A stretch of DNA of 63,927 bases, counting the filler, from Globobulimina sp. (lineage: Eukaryota): the NCBI GenBank assembly GCA_003354225.1. It is 33 parts of 33 records of this genome, joined end to end, with 100 filler letters (N's around TTAATTAATTAA, not from the genome) between each part and the next. Parts side by side here need not be neighbours in the genome. Positions count along the whole stretch, not along the records: positions 34,934 to 36,773 come from PIVH01011355.1; positions 36,874 to 38,713 come from PIVH01011356.1; positions 38,814 to 40,653 come from PIVH01011357.1; positions 40,754 to 42,593 come from PIVH01011358.1; positions 42,694 to 44,533 come from PIVH01011359.1; positions 44,634 to 46,473 come from PIVH01011360.1; positions 46,574 to 48,413 come from PIVH01011361.1; positions 48,514 to 50,353 come from PIVH01011362.1; 25 more parts are not named here. The stretch is one strand, 5' to 3'. Shown in pieces: positions 35,200-48,515 of this stretch; the first letter of the stretch is position 1, and the number at the start of each line of letters is the position of its first letter. A program made the translations under genes and the position numbers. Under the pieces are notes generated by a model. That model worked only from the letters and a program-made list of their open reading frames with translations, made no database searches and was not told the DNA's origin.

Positions 35200-36438
35200 A
35201 TGAACGAGGACAGTAAATCTGCTTCAGCTGCTTCACCGTGTAAAGAGAGCTTAATATTTAGCGGTATGAACACCGGCCATCACACCTGGATTATTCATGA
35301 CCATACCTTAATTGAGAACATATTAAACGCCAAAAATGGTGAAATGTTTGAAAGTGTTGCGTTTGAAATGGCTAAACTAAGATGGACTATCCAATTATAC
35401 CCAAATGGAGGCAATAAAGCATCCAAAGGAAGCGTAATGATCCGTTTACGATTAATATCCAAATCATTACTAAATTGCATGAATAAAATAGAATTAATCT
35501 GTTCAATGTTATGTAATGTGACAATGTCATGTTCAACATTCGAAGCAATGTTAATAAACGAATGTGGATGGATAATGAGAGTACTTCTCTTATCTGAATG
35601 GATCGCATTGAATCCTAAATATTTATCTATATCTGTTTCTATTCAGATTGTGAAACTATTATTGAATAAGATTGATAATAATTTGCTGTTATCACAGCTG
35701 TCAATCAATAATAAATTGCAAAGTGAGTGTCAAAAAAACCTGAAATTCAGTTATAACGTTTCTAGTGAGCTAATAAATATGTTTGTGAATCGGAGTTATT
35801 ATGGGAAACGATTCGAGTCTGTAATATTTAATAATATGTGGCGATTAGTAATATATCCAAAGAATTGGTTGGCTGACAAAGAATCGCAAATGTACATTGG
35901 TCTGCATTTGTGCTTTGCGCCGATATATACAAAGGGCATCACTGCAAAATATTGCATTACTTGCAAGCAATTAACGCATAAGAAATGGCATAAAACTGTG
36001 GATTTCAGTTATAAATCACCGACAAGCGGTTCTGGCAAATTTATGACATTATCAGATATGACATCATTGAAATATGTTACATTCGAAGTAAGTGTGGAAA
36101 TATTAGAGGTTATACATGATAATTATGATATGGATGGGGAGGGTGATATCCTTGATATATGGGATCCACAACAAATTGATTACATATTACAGACACATGT
36201 TTATCATGAGGAGAATGAGCATGTATTGGTTGCTGAGATGAGCGAAGAAATGAAAGTTTTAAGGAATATGATACAAGAGAAAGATGTGATAATTGATGGT
36301 TTAAAACAACAAATGATTAAACAAGAAGAAAGTATACATTTATTGTGTGAGAAATCTAAGAGTGATAATAAAGAGACTGTCAATGCGATATTATTGATTG
36401 ATGAGATAATAAAACAAATACCAAAATTTACTTTGTAG
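35200..36438 (+). CDS. Tandem MATH/TRAF domain + coiled-coil protein
   Basis: FESVAFEMAKLRWTIQLYPNG and FESVIFNNMWRLVIYPK. Confidence 0.8.
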   Translation: MNEDSKSASAASPCKESLIFSGMNTGHHTWIIHDHTLIENILNAKNGEMFESVAFEMAKLRWTIQLYPNGGNKASKGSVMIRLRLISKSLLNCMNKIELICSMLCNVTMSCSTFEAMLINECGWIMRVLLLSEWIALNPKYLSISVSIQIVKLLLNKIDNNLLLSQLSINNKLQSECQKNLKFSYNVSSELINMFVNRSYYGKRFESVIFNNMWRLVIYPKNWLADKESQMYIGLHLCFAPIYTKGITAKYCITCKQLTHKKWHKTVDFSYKSPTSGSGKFMTLSDMTSLKYVTFEVSVEILEVIHDNYDMDGEGDILDIWDPQQIDYILQTHVYHEENEHVLVAEMSEEMKVLRNMIQEKDVIIDGLKQQMIKQEESIHLLCEKSKSDNKETVNAILLIDEIIKQIPKFTL

Positions 36439-36873
36439 ATAGCATATATATATACGTATACGTTATATAAACGTGAAGTAACCGTGGATGACTTCACTTT
36501 AATTATGAGTGTCATACCAAAAGCCCATCCCTTGCCAACCCGTGATTTTTTGCAAATGGTACAAAGGCTATATTTTAGAAGTTTAAACTTTTCAAGGCGG
36601 GAGAAAACATTTCTTGTCCAGGTACGAAGGGGCTCTTGGCTGGTATGTTACAAAAAAGTGAGTCTGGAATCGGACTTGACCCACTAAAACTAAAAATGAG
36701 TTGTGTTGGTTTAATTGCATAAAAATATATTTAAAACGACAACCAAATAATCTATCGCCTTTACTATCAAATANNNNNNNNNNNNNNNNNNNNNNNNNNN
36801 NNNNNNNNNNNNNNNNNTTAATTAATTAANNNNNNNNNNNNNNNNNNNNNNNNNNNNNNNNNNNNNNNNNNNN

Positions 36874-37996
36874 AATTCCAAAAAACTAAAATATCACCGA
36901 TATTTTGTCCCAAAAACCATAATATCCTATTAATATTGTCCATAAAATTTCTTTTTTAGCTGTATTATTATCATCGTTTTTATTTACCATTAATATCCTT
37001 TTATATTTATCCAACACACCCAATTCAATTAATTTTAAGGTCCACTCATTTGTATGGCCTTTCTCGATGGAAACGATAGTGCCAAGAACGCGGATAACTG
37101 GCTGTAAATCAATCAAATCATTAATCATTTTTAATATTATTCCTTGTTCTATGATCTCATCAACAATGATCTTACACCTTTCCTCGTGTCGATTTTCTAC
37201 AAAATACATGATTGCCCAACAAATATCTGTTAATATATTTCGATCGTTGGTCGCCAATAAGGAATTGAATAAATTGATGATAGAAACGCGTTGCTCAAAA
37301 AACACTTTCTTTGACGCTTTGCGACAAAAATTACAGATCGTCCAACTAGTGTTTCTCATTAATTCCAGCGACAATTTCGTCGGAATCTGCTCGTTTTTAT
37401 CACAAATTGGTATGATAACATCGTGCAACATATTATATTTTACATATAATACATTGCGAAGAAAGGAAGAATCGCCAACAATATTACCCATACACCACAT
37501 TGCTTGAGATTTTATTTCATTGTCTGTTGTCTTTGACGATAATATACGTTTTAATGATGGAACTACGTTGTTTCTCACTAACAAGCGAGTTTGTTGACTA
37601 TTGCCAGATGCTATGTTTGCTGTTATTTAATCATAAGAGAGAGTTTTAGCGATGATATATAAATAAGACACAACTTAATATCCATAATGCTTCAAATTGT
37701 AACTTTGGTCTTGAATTAAAATGTAAAATATATATTAATTGAGGGACAATTCCTGTATTTATTACAGCTTGTAATGGAGGTGCTGGATCCGCGAAGCTTA
37801 CTAATTTTCTAATTTGTTGAAGACAGCAATACCGATAATTATAATCATGCGACTTGCAAATCCCTGCGACATATTTTGCTAAATTCTTTAAAATACGTTT
37901 GTATTCTTTAAGGTTATGTTTTGCATTGGCTTTCTTAAAACTGCTCGCTTTTATTATCGCTCTAGATCTGTTCCACGAGTTGTCCCGTTTTGGCAT
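36874..37996 (-). CDS. Divergent importin-alpha-like ARM repeat protein; introns; 3' partial
   Basis: PPLQAVINTGIVPQL, LQFEALWIL..NIASG, QAMWCMGNIVGDS, RNTSWTICNFCR, ILTDICWAI. Confidence 0.85.
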
Positions 37997-38061
37997 ATTT
38001 CAACTTCGACGGAATTCTGAAGTATAAAAATCAAGTTTTTTCAGCAGCATTTCGAATAAAA

Positions 38062-38713
38062 ATGACCATGGTTGCACTCCTTTGTGCAAATGGATGTGGT
38101 GCTTTTGTAAGAATGGATGGAGAGAGGTTCAATCACAACAAAGGGCGTTGTAAAGGTTATAGACCTAAAGACGGGAAACATTATTATAAACTTGCCGAAG
38201 GTATTTGTAACTGTATCCAATTCATAGTTTGAAACTGTATAAAATGTCTATTGCACACCAAATGGCGCAGAAGCTACAGAATATGCGAGAACCAAAGCAA
38301 TATCGAGATTGTTAAGTATTTTCCTTTCCATATATGGTACACATACATCGTATTATACACTCACATATATCTGTGAATATATTATATAGTGTTGACACTG
38401 CGAGATTTAAGTTTAGTGAATTAACACATTGCATTGATGCACAATCATATTATATACCATGCCAATTATACTTCATTGCAGTTCGAGACTGTGTTTACCC
38501 ACAAACACCGGCGGCTATCGCGACGAGGATATATATGTTTACATCTATGAGACCGATGACGATATGAACTATGACAGCAATGGAAATGATGCGGATGCAT
38601 TGCCAGAGGCCAATCGCCAGGAAGACGAAAAAAGCCTTAGAGAACAAGAAGAGCAGGAACGTGAAGATCGTTTAGCTCTTGAAGCAAAAGGGCGAGAAGA
38701 AGAAGAGACAAAA
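38062..38713 (+). CDS. Hypothetical multi-exon protein (Cys/His N-terminus, acidic part); partial
   Basis: CANGCG...H...C exon followed by GT-AG introns and an E/D-rich exon. Confidence 0.4.
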
Positions 38714-39047
38714 NNNNNNNNNNNNNNNNNNNNNNNNNNNNNNNNNNNNNNNNNNNNTTAATTAATTAANNNNNNNNNNNNNNNNNNNNNNNNNNNNNNN
38801 NNNNNNNNNNNNNTATATCGATCAATATAAAGTTTGCATTGGGTTTGCAAACTGTACATTATATACAAAATATAGACCAGGAATTATAGTTGACTAGGAT
38901 TGCAAGGCTGGATTTTAATAATTTAATTCAATTGCGATAACTTTTTAGGATTAATATTCTAGACAACAGAATGTTAAATGAATAAAATAAAATGGTGGAT
39001 GGCAAGAGTGGCGAGGCGACAGTTAATATTGTTGACTACATTGCAAA

Positions 39048-40653
39048 TTAATGATTTCTGGCACCAACAACGATGAGGTGTTGTGTAGGAAAGAAAAATA
39101 TTTTTGATGGGTTCGTCTTTTTTATGCTGTTAATATGATTGGAATGTATTTGTACAATAAATCTATATCTATTTAAATTATATATGCCAGCTTTTTTAAA
39201 TTGTGATATTAAATCGTATGATGAATATCCACCGGGTTCTAATATTTGATTCTCAAACTTTGTATTGCCAATCCATTGATATTTGGATCTCGTGGATGGA
39301 TTATCATTGATTATAAATGACCGTTGATGCGAATCGAACTCTTCATTTTGTTTTAGCGTTTCTAAGATAAATGTTACATATTTGCTTCCTGTATTTAAAA
39401 CCATTAAAGTTACATTGCAATCAATTGGTAACTTACTGGAAATGGGTAATTTCTTTGGATATTTTAAAGCGACTCGCAATGGACAATTGGATAATGTCTC
39501 ATGTCTGGCAAACACAAATGGTTCACGCAGCAACAAATAACCATAACGACCACGCAAATAACCATTATCTGTCGACGTCTCTCTCTCTCTCTCTGTCGAC
39601 CTCTCGGTCTCTCTCTTTGTGTCTCTCTCTTTGATCTTAAACGATACAATTATTTCTAACTCATTTTTATGTTTTTGTCGAATATGACGAAAAACGCGGG
39701 CAATATGTCGCAATCTGTTCTCGTGCTCTTTTTGTTTCAATTTGAACATATTTTGGCAAACTTGATTCATTGGATTTAAAATATTGAAAATATCACTCTC
39801 TGACTCTGACTCAGATACAAATGAATCCGAATTGGAATCAAATGATACTACGGACAAATTATTATTTTTGCCAGTATCCGCTACTAATTTTAAAAATGTT
39901 GTTAATGTGGACATTGGATGAATGTCTGGAATGATGTTATCGTATATTAATTTTTGTATTGACCAACTCGAGGAATAACATCCAATGTATTGTATCTGTA
40001 CAATATTATTATTATTATTTTTTTCCTCTTTTTCTTGTGCTGATTGGGGTATAAATACATTATTTTTCTCCTCTTGGCTCATATCTTTTAATTGAATATA
40101 TTTAATATCGGTGGCACAGCCACGATTTATTAATGTATTGTTTATAAAATTATTTTCAATTTCAATGCCTAAAATATGTTGATTAATATCACCAAAATGA
40201 TCTTTTGTAAATAAGGAGATATTCATAAATGGATTGACGGTCAAATACCGGCATATAATTGTTGTTCGACGCAATAATTTATCCTTTGTTGTGTAATTAA
40301 AATAAAATTGAATTAAATGTCGACCAGTTTGTGAACCATAAATCCAAATCAATAGTTTTAAGGATTTATTTGGGGCTATGTTTTGATTAAAATTTATAAC
40401 ATTATTCTCTGTATTATGTGAATATAATTGATGGGTTTTTATATTCACAATAGTTAAAAACGAAGGTTTATTGATTTCTAATTCTATGTTATATGCAGTA
40501 ATATCATGGGAGGCATTGTGTAATTCCATAATGAATGGACATAATTCACCGCAATCTATTGCAGAAGGAAAGGGCAATAAATCCGAAGCACTGCATTTTA
40601 TGAAGGCAATCGGTTGTTGAACATTATAAACTAAATTCATTTTATTGTCGATA
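39048..40653 (-). CDS. TRAPPC8/Trs85-like trafficking complex subunit, C-terminal part
   Basis: Ig-like blocks CGELCPFIMELHN, LLIWIYG..G.H.IQFYFNY, YQWIGNT..LEPG..AGIYNLNRYRF. Confidence 0.6.
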
Positions 40654-40916
40654 NNNNNNNNNNNNNNNNNNNNNNNNNNNNNNNNNNNNNNNNNNNNTTA
40701 ATTAATTAANNNNNNNNNNNNNNNNNNNNNNNNNNNNNNNNNNNNNNNNNNNNTCTTGATCAACAAGACAACATATTCAATGCTAATGGTAATGATAATT
40801 ATCGAGTGTTAAGCACTTCGATTCAATGATTCGCTTCAATTGATTTCTTAGTGTTTTGAAGAAGAATATAAAAAACTACTTTTTACAAAACAAAATTACA
40901 GAAACGAAGCGAATTA

Positions 40917-42593
40917 ATGGCTTTCCCCACGAAGAGTACTCAATACGGTTATCAACAAGGTTGGACCAATAAAACATGGGATACAGTTCTGATTACCGAT
41001 AGTAACAACCAATTTCGTTACGTTTTAACAGGCGCAATTCAATATGCCCGGGTGTATGCTATTAGACACAGTGAGTATGGTATAACAGTGCCAGAAATAG
41101 ATGATACATATTATAATTGCGAATGCTTCATGTCTTGCAAGGATGGAATGTATGAAATGTGTGAGAAATTCCATCTTGTTCGTGAGGAAGATACCAAAGC
41201 TGCAGAAAGAAGTGGACACGGATTGATGAATACATTTATTTGTAAAAATCGGCAAGAAATTCCAGCATTAAAAGGCTGGCGATTCGGTAAATTGTATGTT
41301 TATCAAAGAGATTGGAATAAAATCCGTACATATTACAATGGAAATGATTCTGTTGGATGGACATTAAAAAAACATGAACAAACATCTGTCAATCAATATC
41401 ATTCAAACAGTGTTGTTTCAGATCATTCTAAAAAGAAACAATTTAAATTGGATGAGGAGCAAAAACAGAGAGAGAGACAACGAAAAAAATTAGAAGCTGC
41501 ACGTTTGAAAAAAGAAAATGAATTAAGAGCGCGTACAAAACGGGAGGCAGATTTGAGAAAAGAAAATGAATTAAGAGCGCGTGTAAAACGAGACGCTGAT
41601 TTGAGGAAAAAAAAAGAATTAAGAGCGCGTATAAAACGAGACGGAGAAGATTTGAAACAGCAAATTGAAAGAGAGAGAAAACAATTTGAAGATGAACGTT
41701 CAGGGCAATTAAGGCAGCTTCAGCGACGAGAGACAGAATTAAAACAACAGATTGAAAGAGAAAAACAAATGAAATTCAAAGAGAAGAATTCTAAAAATAA
41801 AGAATATATTGTTGTGTATCCAACAGGTACGTGACTATAGATCCATGTATACAATTTATCAATTATCACAATTCAGAAATTAAATATATTTATATTTTAT
41901 AGGCGCAGTCTGTAGACAAAAACAAGATTTATCCTCCAAACTTATTGGTGTTGTGCCTATAGACACTGTTGTGACTGTGGAAGTGGTGGATGGTCGCCGA
42001 TGTTTAATATCATCTCCAATGTTTGGATGGGTGTCATTGCATACTTCCAAAGATAAACAAGTATTAAAAAAGATAAATACTAAAAATTATAGTGATGAGA
42101 CAGCCGCAGACAGCAATGCTACAGCTACGTTACGTGCGAATCAATTAAAACAGGAGCGATTAATGAGAAAGAAATTTGATGCTCCCGACTGCGATATTTG
42201 TTTGCAACCGTTTCACGATGGTATTGAGAAAGTGGTTGAGGGCAAATTTATACATTGGAACTGTTTTGGTTGCAGTATTTGTGATGAATATATTAGAAAA
42301 AGAGCTGCATTTGACATTGTCGATGATGGTACATTTATGTGTTCCAACTGCAGTGCTGGTTGTAATGAAAAAACAATATCTGAAACTGAGATGAAACAAA
42401 ACGACAACAAACAAGAACTTACCGCTTGGGATTTGTATATACAAAAACATGGGAAAGAAGCAAATAGCATTAATGAATTGTATACCTTTGCAAATTCCCT
42501 TTCATTGAAAATGCAGTTTCATGAAGTCGCAGATTTGTTTTATGAATCCCAAAATAAAAAGAAAAATGTGGAAAAGTATGCTCGTGATCTCCC
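40917..42593 (+). CDS. Coiled-coil repeat + SH3-like + LIM domain protein; intron 41827-41902; 3' partial
   Basis: KENELRARxKRxADLR x3; VEVVDGRRCLISSPMFGWVSL; CDICLQPF...HWNCFGCSIC...CSNC. Confidence 0.7.
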
Positions 42594-43276
42594 NNNNNNN
42601 NNNNNNNNNNNNNNNNNNNNNNNNNNNNNNNNNNNNNTTAATTAATTAANNNNNNNNNNNNNNNNNNNNNNNNNNNNNNNNNNNNNNNNNNNNTGAATGG
42701 GCGTGAATTCAGTTTTAAACCTGACGCCATACAAACAACGCCCAATAATTTAAAAGGAAAAAAACACAAAGTTAAACTGAGCATCTGCTGTATGAAATCT
42801 TAACTTCAATCATGTATCTCCTAAAAACTCCATAATGGTAAAGATGGCACATCCTATATGCATCCACTATTCTGTTATAATTTCCCATGTTACAAAATGT
42901 CAATCAGGTTTTATTGCCGAACAGTAGCAAGGACAAATGTCAATGTTGAAATGTCACTACTTAACCCAAAATGATGACTGCCATAGGAGCAAAAAGCTCC
43001 GTCCGACCGGGTAATTTTAAAATATGCTGTAATGTGTCAATGCATTGAGCTCCCGCTCAACCAATATAGGGAAAGCTAGACACGATAAAATTCCATACAT
43101 GGTAATCTAACGACGGCCTTGGTGTCCTTATAATAGAGGGCAAATAAATGGCCATAGAGGTCAGTCCGCGTTTATACCCTCTGCCCATATAAAAGGCCAG
43201 CCAAACTAATAACAATCCATTCTCCCTCTTTATCTCTTGAGTGAGGGACGGACAGATACCTGACCTGGAATCGACT

Positions 43277-43543
43277 ATGGACATTTCTAAATTTGAAGAA
43301 CGATGCCTCGGCCCAGAATCATCTACCAAAGAGGGTGACACCAAGATTGCGGCGTTGGCAGCAGTGGCCACATTCGACGAGAAAATTGAAACTTTCGAAA
43401 TCGACTGGACCAAATATGTCGACCAGAGTGACATGCCATCTCCCGATGCTGCACTGCTCAAAGAACTTGAGGACTGGGCTACCAAAGCAAAGGACAGACT
43501 TAAAATTGTTATCAAAAGTCATTTGGAGTTCTACACCAAGTAG
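43277..43543 (+). CDS. Small acidic 88-aa ORF with upstream TATAAAA (43188) and downstream AATAAA (43562)
   Basis: Coding-like composition with canonical TATA and poly(A) signals. Confidence 0.4.
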   Translation: MDISKFEERCLGPESSTKEGDTKIAALAAVATFDEKIETFEIDWTKYVDQSDMPSPDAALLKELEDWATKAKDRLKIVIKSHLEFYTK

Positions 43544-44422
43544 ATTCCGCGACACTCCATCAATAAACTAACCCAAACGGCCCTCTTCAGGGCCACCAAT
43601 ATCTCAAAAAAGCAAATAATGAATAAGGAGTTTGAAGTTAAAAGAGAGTGTTAACAATTATGTTGTTTCTTTCCATTGCGATTTTCTTGCATATATTATC
43701 TAATGTGAGAGGCTCGGTCAGTTCCTTGTTGAAGCTCAGGGCATAAATTTAGAAGTAGTTCTGTCCGTCTCTGTGTTTTAGTAATAATCGGGGTCGGCAA
43801 ATAGAAGAATTGCAGTAAAACATTAAAATGTTTTCTCAGTGTAAAAGCATTGAGGACATGGGAAATATGTAATCTTAAAGTTTCTGTAGGATGACGGATT
43901 GTGTTGTTTCGGAAAAGTATTTCAAATACAGTGACCATTAGTATCAGTACCTCTGCAAAATAGACCAAAAAGATGACATAATTTGCAGAGTACCGTACTT
44001 TTTGTTTTGACATCTATATTATATGAGACAATTGTAGATGATTGACAAGGCGTGCTCGTCTTTTGTTTGTTAAGTGTGGGTTCTTTCCTTACAAAAACAA
44101 AGCCCACCAGGTCTAAACCAGACCCCTAGGCCAGTGTATAAACAGATGAGTAACAACTTTATGGGTCAATCCGGCCAGGGGTCAAAACACTCACAATGGC
44201 GAATAAAGCGCGGTAATCCATCCTCGGTGTCGGCCATCTACCCCCTGCCGGCATAAATACCAGCAGAGCTAAGAAAACATCAGTTGACTTTCTCTGCGGC
44301 TGCTCAAACGGTCGCACACAAATTTGGAACGTTCTCACGTTTTTTCAACTTTTCGTGTGAACAAGAAAGGAAATTCAACTTTCAAAGCACTCTTTTGCAT
44401 TTTAAATATAAAGTATATCAGT

Positions 44423-44530
44423 CAATTTGCCTATAACAAAGGCACCGATCAGTAGACCAACTGATCAAAGCAGTTTTTTTGCCACAATTTGCCTACAACA
44501 AAGGCACCGATCAGTAGACCAACTGATCAA
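44423..44530. repeat. 46-bp direct repeat x2 (62-bp period), each copy with two hairpins, at the contig end
   Basis: CAATTTGCCTAyAACAAAGGCACCGATCAGTAGACCAACTGATCAA at 44423 and 44485. Confidence 0.9.
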
Positions 44531-44633
44531 GACNNNNNNNNNNNNNNNNNNNNNNNNNNNNNNNNNNNNNNNNNNNNTTAATTAATTAANNNNNNNNNNN
44601 NNNNNNNNNNNNNNNNNNNNNNNNNNNNNNNNN

Positions 44634-45025
44634 AAATGCGCCAATGTCCACTGGCAATGCGCATAAAGATAATGTTAAATTCATTTTATTATCCACTAAT
44701 TCTAACTTTAAACTCCATTTATATCCATCATAAACACTCACCGCATCCATTGCAAGCGGCCCACTTTCACACTCACCGCTTTCTTTCAACTCTGTTAACA
44801 ACGTTTCATTAATCTGCCAGTTAAATTGCATGAATTCATCATTTATTTCGAGTTTATCATCGAGTGGTATGGCGCTTGCTTGTTCTGTCTGGAAATCACG
44901 GACATTATTTGAAATGTGAATGTTTGCTATGATATGATACACACCTCAATCTCACCAAAATCCAAAGCTTGCGCGGATACTTCAGTTGTCTTATAATGCT
45001 GTTTCGAAGTTGCACAGGCTGACAT
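44634..45025 (-). CDS. MATH-like domain protein, 5' part; intron 44889-44944
   Basis: FNWQINETLL...YKWSLKL...LSLCALP; splice GAG|GTGTGT...TTCCAG|ACA keeps frame. Confidence 0.6.
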
Positions 45026-45073
45026 CGTATCACATGACACAGTTGTTTTCAAAAAAACGAAGCGAACAGTCAA

Positions 45074-45979
45074 ATGAATTCGAACAATCAACAGCTTATT
45101 ACCAATTATTTTGAGACGAACGAAAAAAAACAACCAACTATTTTGACACAAACGAACAAAAACGGACAAAAAAGTTCTTTGTGCAACACACAATTAAACA
45201 CATTGTACAGAAATAATTCAACTGAAAGAAGAGATCATCGCAAAACACCACAGATTGTTCTAAACTTCATCCAACATTTAAAAGAAACCGAAGGTTATAA
45301 TAAGCAGATACGAGACAGGTCATTTGTAGACATATGCCCATATAAATGTACACGTGACAATCTTGATCATTCTTTATGGCCTAAAAACACTTTATTGTTT
45401 TGTAATCCACCATGGAGTGCCAGAAACGTTGAAAAATGGATGCAAGAATTGGTTAAATTTGTTGAAAGAAAGAAAGGCAGCGCCGCATTGTTGACCAAGA
45501 TCGATGGCTCATGTAACCACTATTGGTTTAACTTAATATATAACAATGACCGTATTGATATGATTAAATATGTTTTAAAAAATAATTTCGCATATTCTGG
45601 ATACAATATAAAAAGTAAACAACTCAAACGAGCTCCATTTGGAAGTGTATTGGTTTTCATACAACCAAAACAAGAAAGCGTTTCTAAGAAATGTACATAT
45701 TATCAGGATGTATGCGATTGGAAAGAGTCCATATCAAGCAATAAGTACAATGAATTGGAGTGTAGACAGCAACAACATAGAAATATGGAGAGTAGCAATG
45801 ATTTTAGGCATCTGCATAATATTAATGATGATGAAGACGTAAAAATGATATCGATTGAAAAGAATCACAACAAAAATACTCGACCAAACACTATCACACA
45901 AATATACTCTAATCAACAGGATGATGGATTGAGTAAACAGAAACATGGCAATCATAATTTAAATGATGATCAGGATTAA
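45074..45979 (+). CDS. Phage-type DNA N6-adenine methyltransferase (Dam, PF05869-like)
   Basis: DHRKTP, DICP, W...LFCNPPWS catalytic motif, AALL...YWF, RAPFGSVLVF in the order expected for the family. Confidence 0.75.
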   Translation: MNSNNQQLITNYFETNEKKQPTILTQTNKNGQKSSLCNTQLNTLYRNNSTERRDHRKTPQIVLNFIQHLKETEGYNKQIRDRSFVDICPYKCTRDNLDHSLWPKNTLLFCNPPWSARNVEKWMQELVKFVERKKGSAALLTKIDGSCNHYWFNLIYNNDRIDMIKYVLKNNFAYSGYNIKSKQLKRAPFGSVLVFIQPKQESVSKKCTYYQDVCDWKESISSNKYNELECRQQQHRNMESSNDFRHLHNINDDEDVKMISIEKNHNKNTRPNTITQIYSNQQDDGLSKQKHGNHNLNDDQD

Positions 45980-46573
45980 AGTTGAAAGCAAACGTTTCTG
46001 ATTGTAAAGCTTTGGTTTGCTGCTTTTTTTGTGTACTTCAGTGCAGCTTTTTTTATAATTTTTTAAAAAACACTTTTCGACATCCCAAAGTGCTGGCTGT
46101 GGGAATAGTGGGATTGTGCCTATGATAGGTGATGAATTTTATCGTACTGAAATGTAATATGAATCGACCAATGAAGATGTGCTATATGACCTCGATATGT
46201 TTTTTTTTAAGAATAAACATAATAATTATATCCAACAGCATCAATTCATCGTTTACAATACAATCAAGTGAATGAAGAGAAGATAGATTATTCAGATCAT
46301 ATTAATTCAGATTTAATTAATCCAATCCATAATCAATTGTTTACTGAGTCTATAGATCTCATAAGTTCCGATAATTCGTATGCTTTATCAAACGACAGTG
46401 ACTATCACTCATCACAAATAATGCCGCGTTGGGGAGGCACTTTGGAGCAAAACAGCACAAAATCAAATGGAAANNNNNNNNNNNNNNNNNNNNNNNNNNN
46501 NNNNNNNNNNNNNNNNNTTAATTAATTAANNNNNNNNNNNNNNNNNNNNNNNNNNNNNNNNNNNNNNNNNNNN

Positions 46574-48082
46574 TCCGATACAATAACCCCAGTGATTGGA
46601 CCCCAACCGATGGAAAATGAGCCACTAAAACAACATTGAAATATTATCGTCAAAACGTCTGAATTTATCCAAAAAGCCAATGTCAAACCAAATAAAGCAA
46701 ACGTCATAGAAACAGCACTGGTTAATAACAATGGCCTTCTTCCAATTTTATCCAAACAAAAAGTTGACACAAATATACAACACACTTTCGCCAATCCCAC
46801 AAATGTGGTATATAATAAAATTAAGTTAGCAGAAACACCCGCTTTTGCAAAGATATGCGGCGTATAATATACGGCGGCTTCATTGCCCGACGCTTGCTGA
46901 AAAAAAGCGATTCCAACACCAATAACCAACGCATGTTTTATATCTTCATTGTGAGGGCAGATGACATAAAACCATCCGCCGCATTTAGCAATGGATTCAG
47001 CATTTTCCAGTTTGATAGTACTCTGAAATTAAATAATTGCAACAAAAATAAGCAATAACCAAAGTGTAAACGTACCTTAATTTCATTGATTTCCTTTATG
47101 ATCACAGCCTCTTTGTTGCCATACACATTACGCAGCACATTGTATGCCTTGTTTTCCATGCCTTGGTCGATGAGCCATCGCGGAGATTCTGGCATAATTA
47201 ACATACCAACAAATAAAACAATGGCCGGCAGCACACCCAAACTAACCATAACCCTCCAGGCCAGATCATCATTATCGATGCCTGTAAAAGTCCACGCAAT
47301 GAAATAACCGAACAGTATTCCAACATTGATGGCTATTTCCGCGATGGTCACCAACTTGCCACGCATGGCAGGCGGCGACAGTTCAGCAGTGTACAAAGGA
47401 GCTATTAACAATCCAATACCGGATGCTATTCCTAGCAATATCCGGCCGACTACAATCACGCCAAAACGGGTGGTCGCTGCAACCAATAATGCTCCTTTTT
47501 GAATGTTAAGTGTTTGTGACAGGCAGTCAGGCGGATTTGTGCGACGATGTATGTTTTGACAGTCACAGATATTTAATACAAACAAACCAATGAAAAATAT
47601 GACCGCAGCAATGGCGATGGTTTTTTTGCGGCCAATGATATGCGAAATGTGCCCAGCGAATAAAGCACCAATAATTGAAAATAAATTCAATGAGGATATT
47701 ATTACTTCTTTCCTCCATTGAGTTAATCCTAAATCATGTTCCATATACACAATGGCTCCCGACATTATGCCTATTGTTTAATTTGTATTATTGGGATAAT
47801 GAGATTGTATCATTTGTATGTAACTTAACCAATATCATAGCCCAACAGGATCGACGAGACGCAGGCCAACGAAGTGCAGAGATAGATAAAATGGATAGGT
47901 TTTAATCGGGATGGCTGTTCTAATTTGTATTCAATATGTTGGTGCTTATAGGATAGTAATTGTTCGTTCATTCTTGATGGAGATGTTCTATTTTGATCAG
48001 ACGATACAATGGCTTGTGGTGATAGAGTTTGCGGTGATGAATCTGACGCTAGCTGCTCTGTAGGTTGTTGATCCGCTGACAT
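46574..48082 (-). CDS. MFS sugar porter (polyol/inositol-like); several introns; 3' partial
   Basis: LLGYDIG, IGRKK, PLYTAELSP..RGKL, MPESPRWL, FFQQASG, DKIGRRPLLL. Confidence 0.93.
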
Positions 48083-48515
48083 GTCTTGCTATCAGTTAAG
48101 CCCCTTTAAGATAATATATGATCTTTGCATCATTATTTGTAGTGATATCTGGTTTGATATCCGCAACGATACAAGTTATTTGAACGTTACACTGAGTTTT
48201 TGTGGTTGAGATGACATGTTTCTTTTGAACTTAGTTGGTGGAGCTTTGTCAAGTAAGTGACAGGGAAAGAGAAAGAATGAGCGATATAAATGGTATACAA
48301 ATATAGAAATTATGACGTATGATGAGCTGGCTCTTTTCGTAAAAACGTTACCTTTTTGAAATGAACTCTGTTTGTTTGCGGGCTGTCAGAACAAAAGTAT
48401 AACATATATAACANNNNNNNNNNNNNNNNNNNNNNNNNNNNNNNNNNNNNNNNNNNNTTAATTAATTAANNNNNNNNNNNNNNNNNNNNNNNNNNNNNNN
48501 NNNNNNNNNNNNNTG

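Noticed and set aside
39570-39632. (CT)n microsatellite as a separate element
   Set aside because: Lies in frame within the TRAPPC8-like ORF, encoding an R/E-rich loop
44423-44533. Possible CRISPR array
   Set aside because: Only two copies, 46-nt repeat with a 16-nt gap, no cas genes
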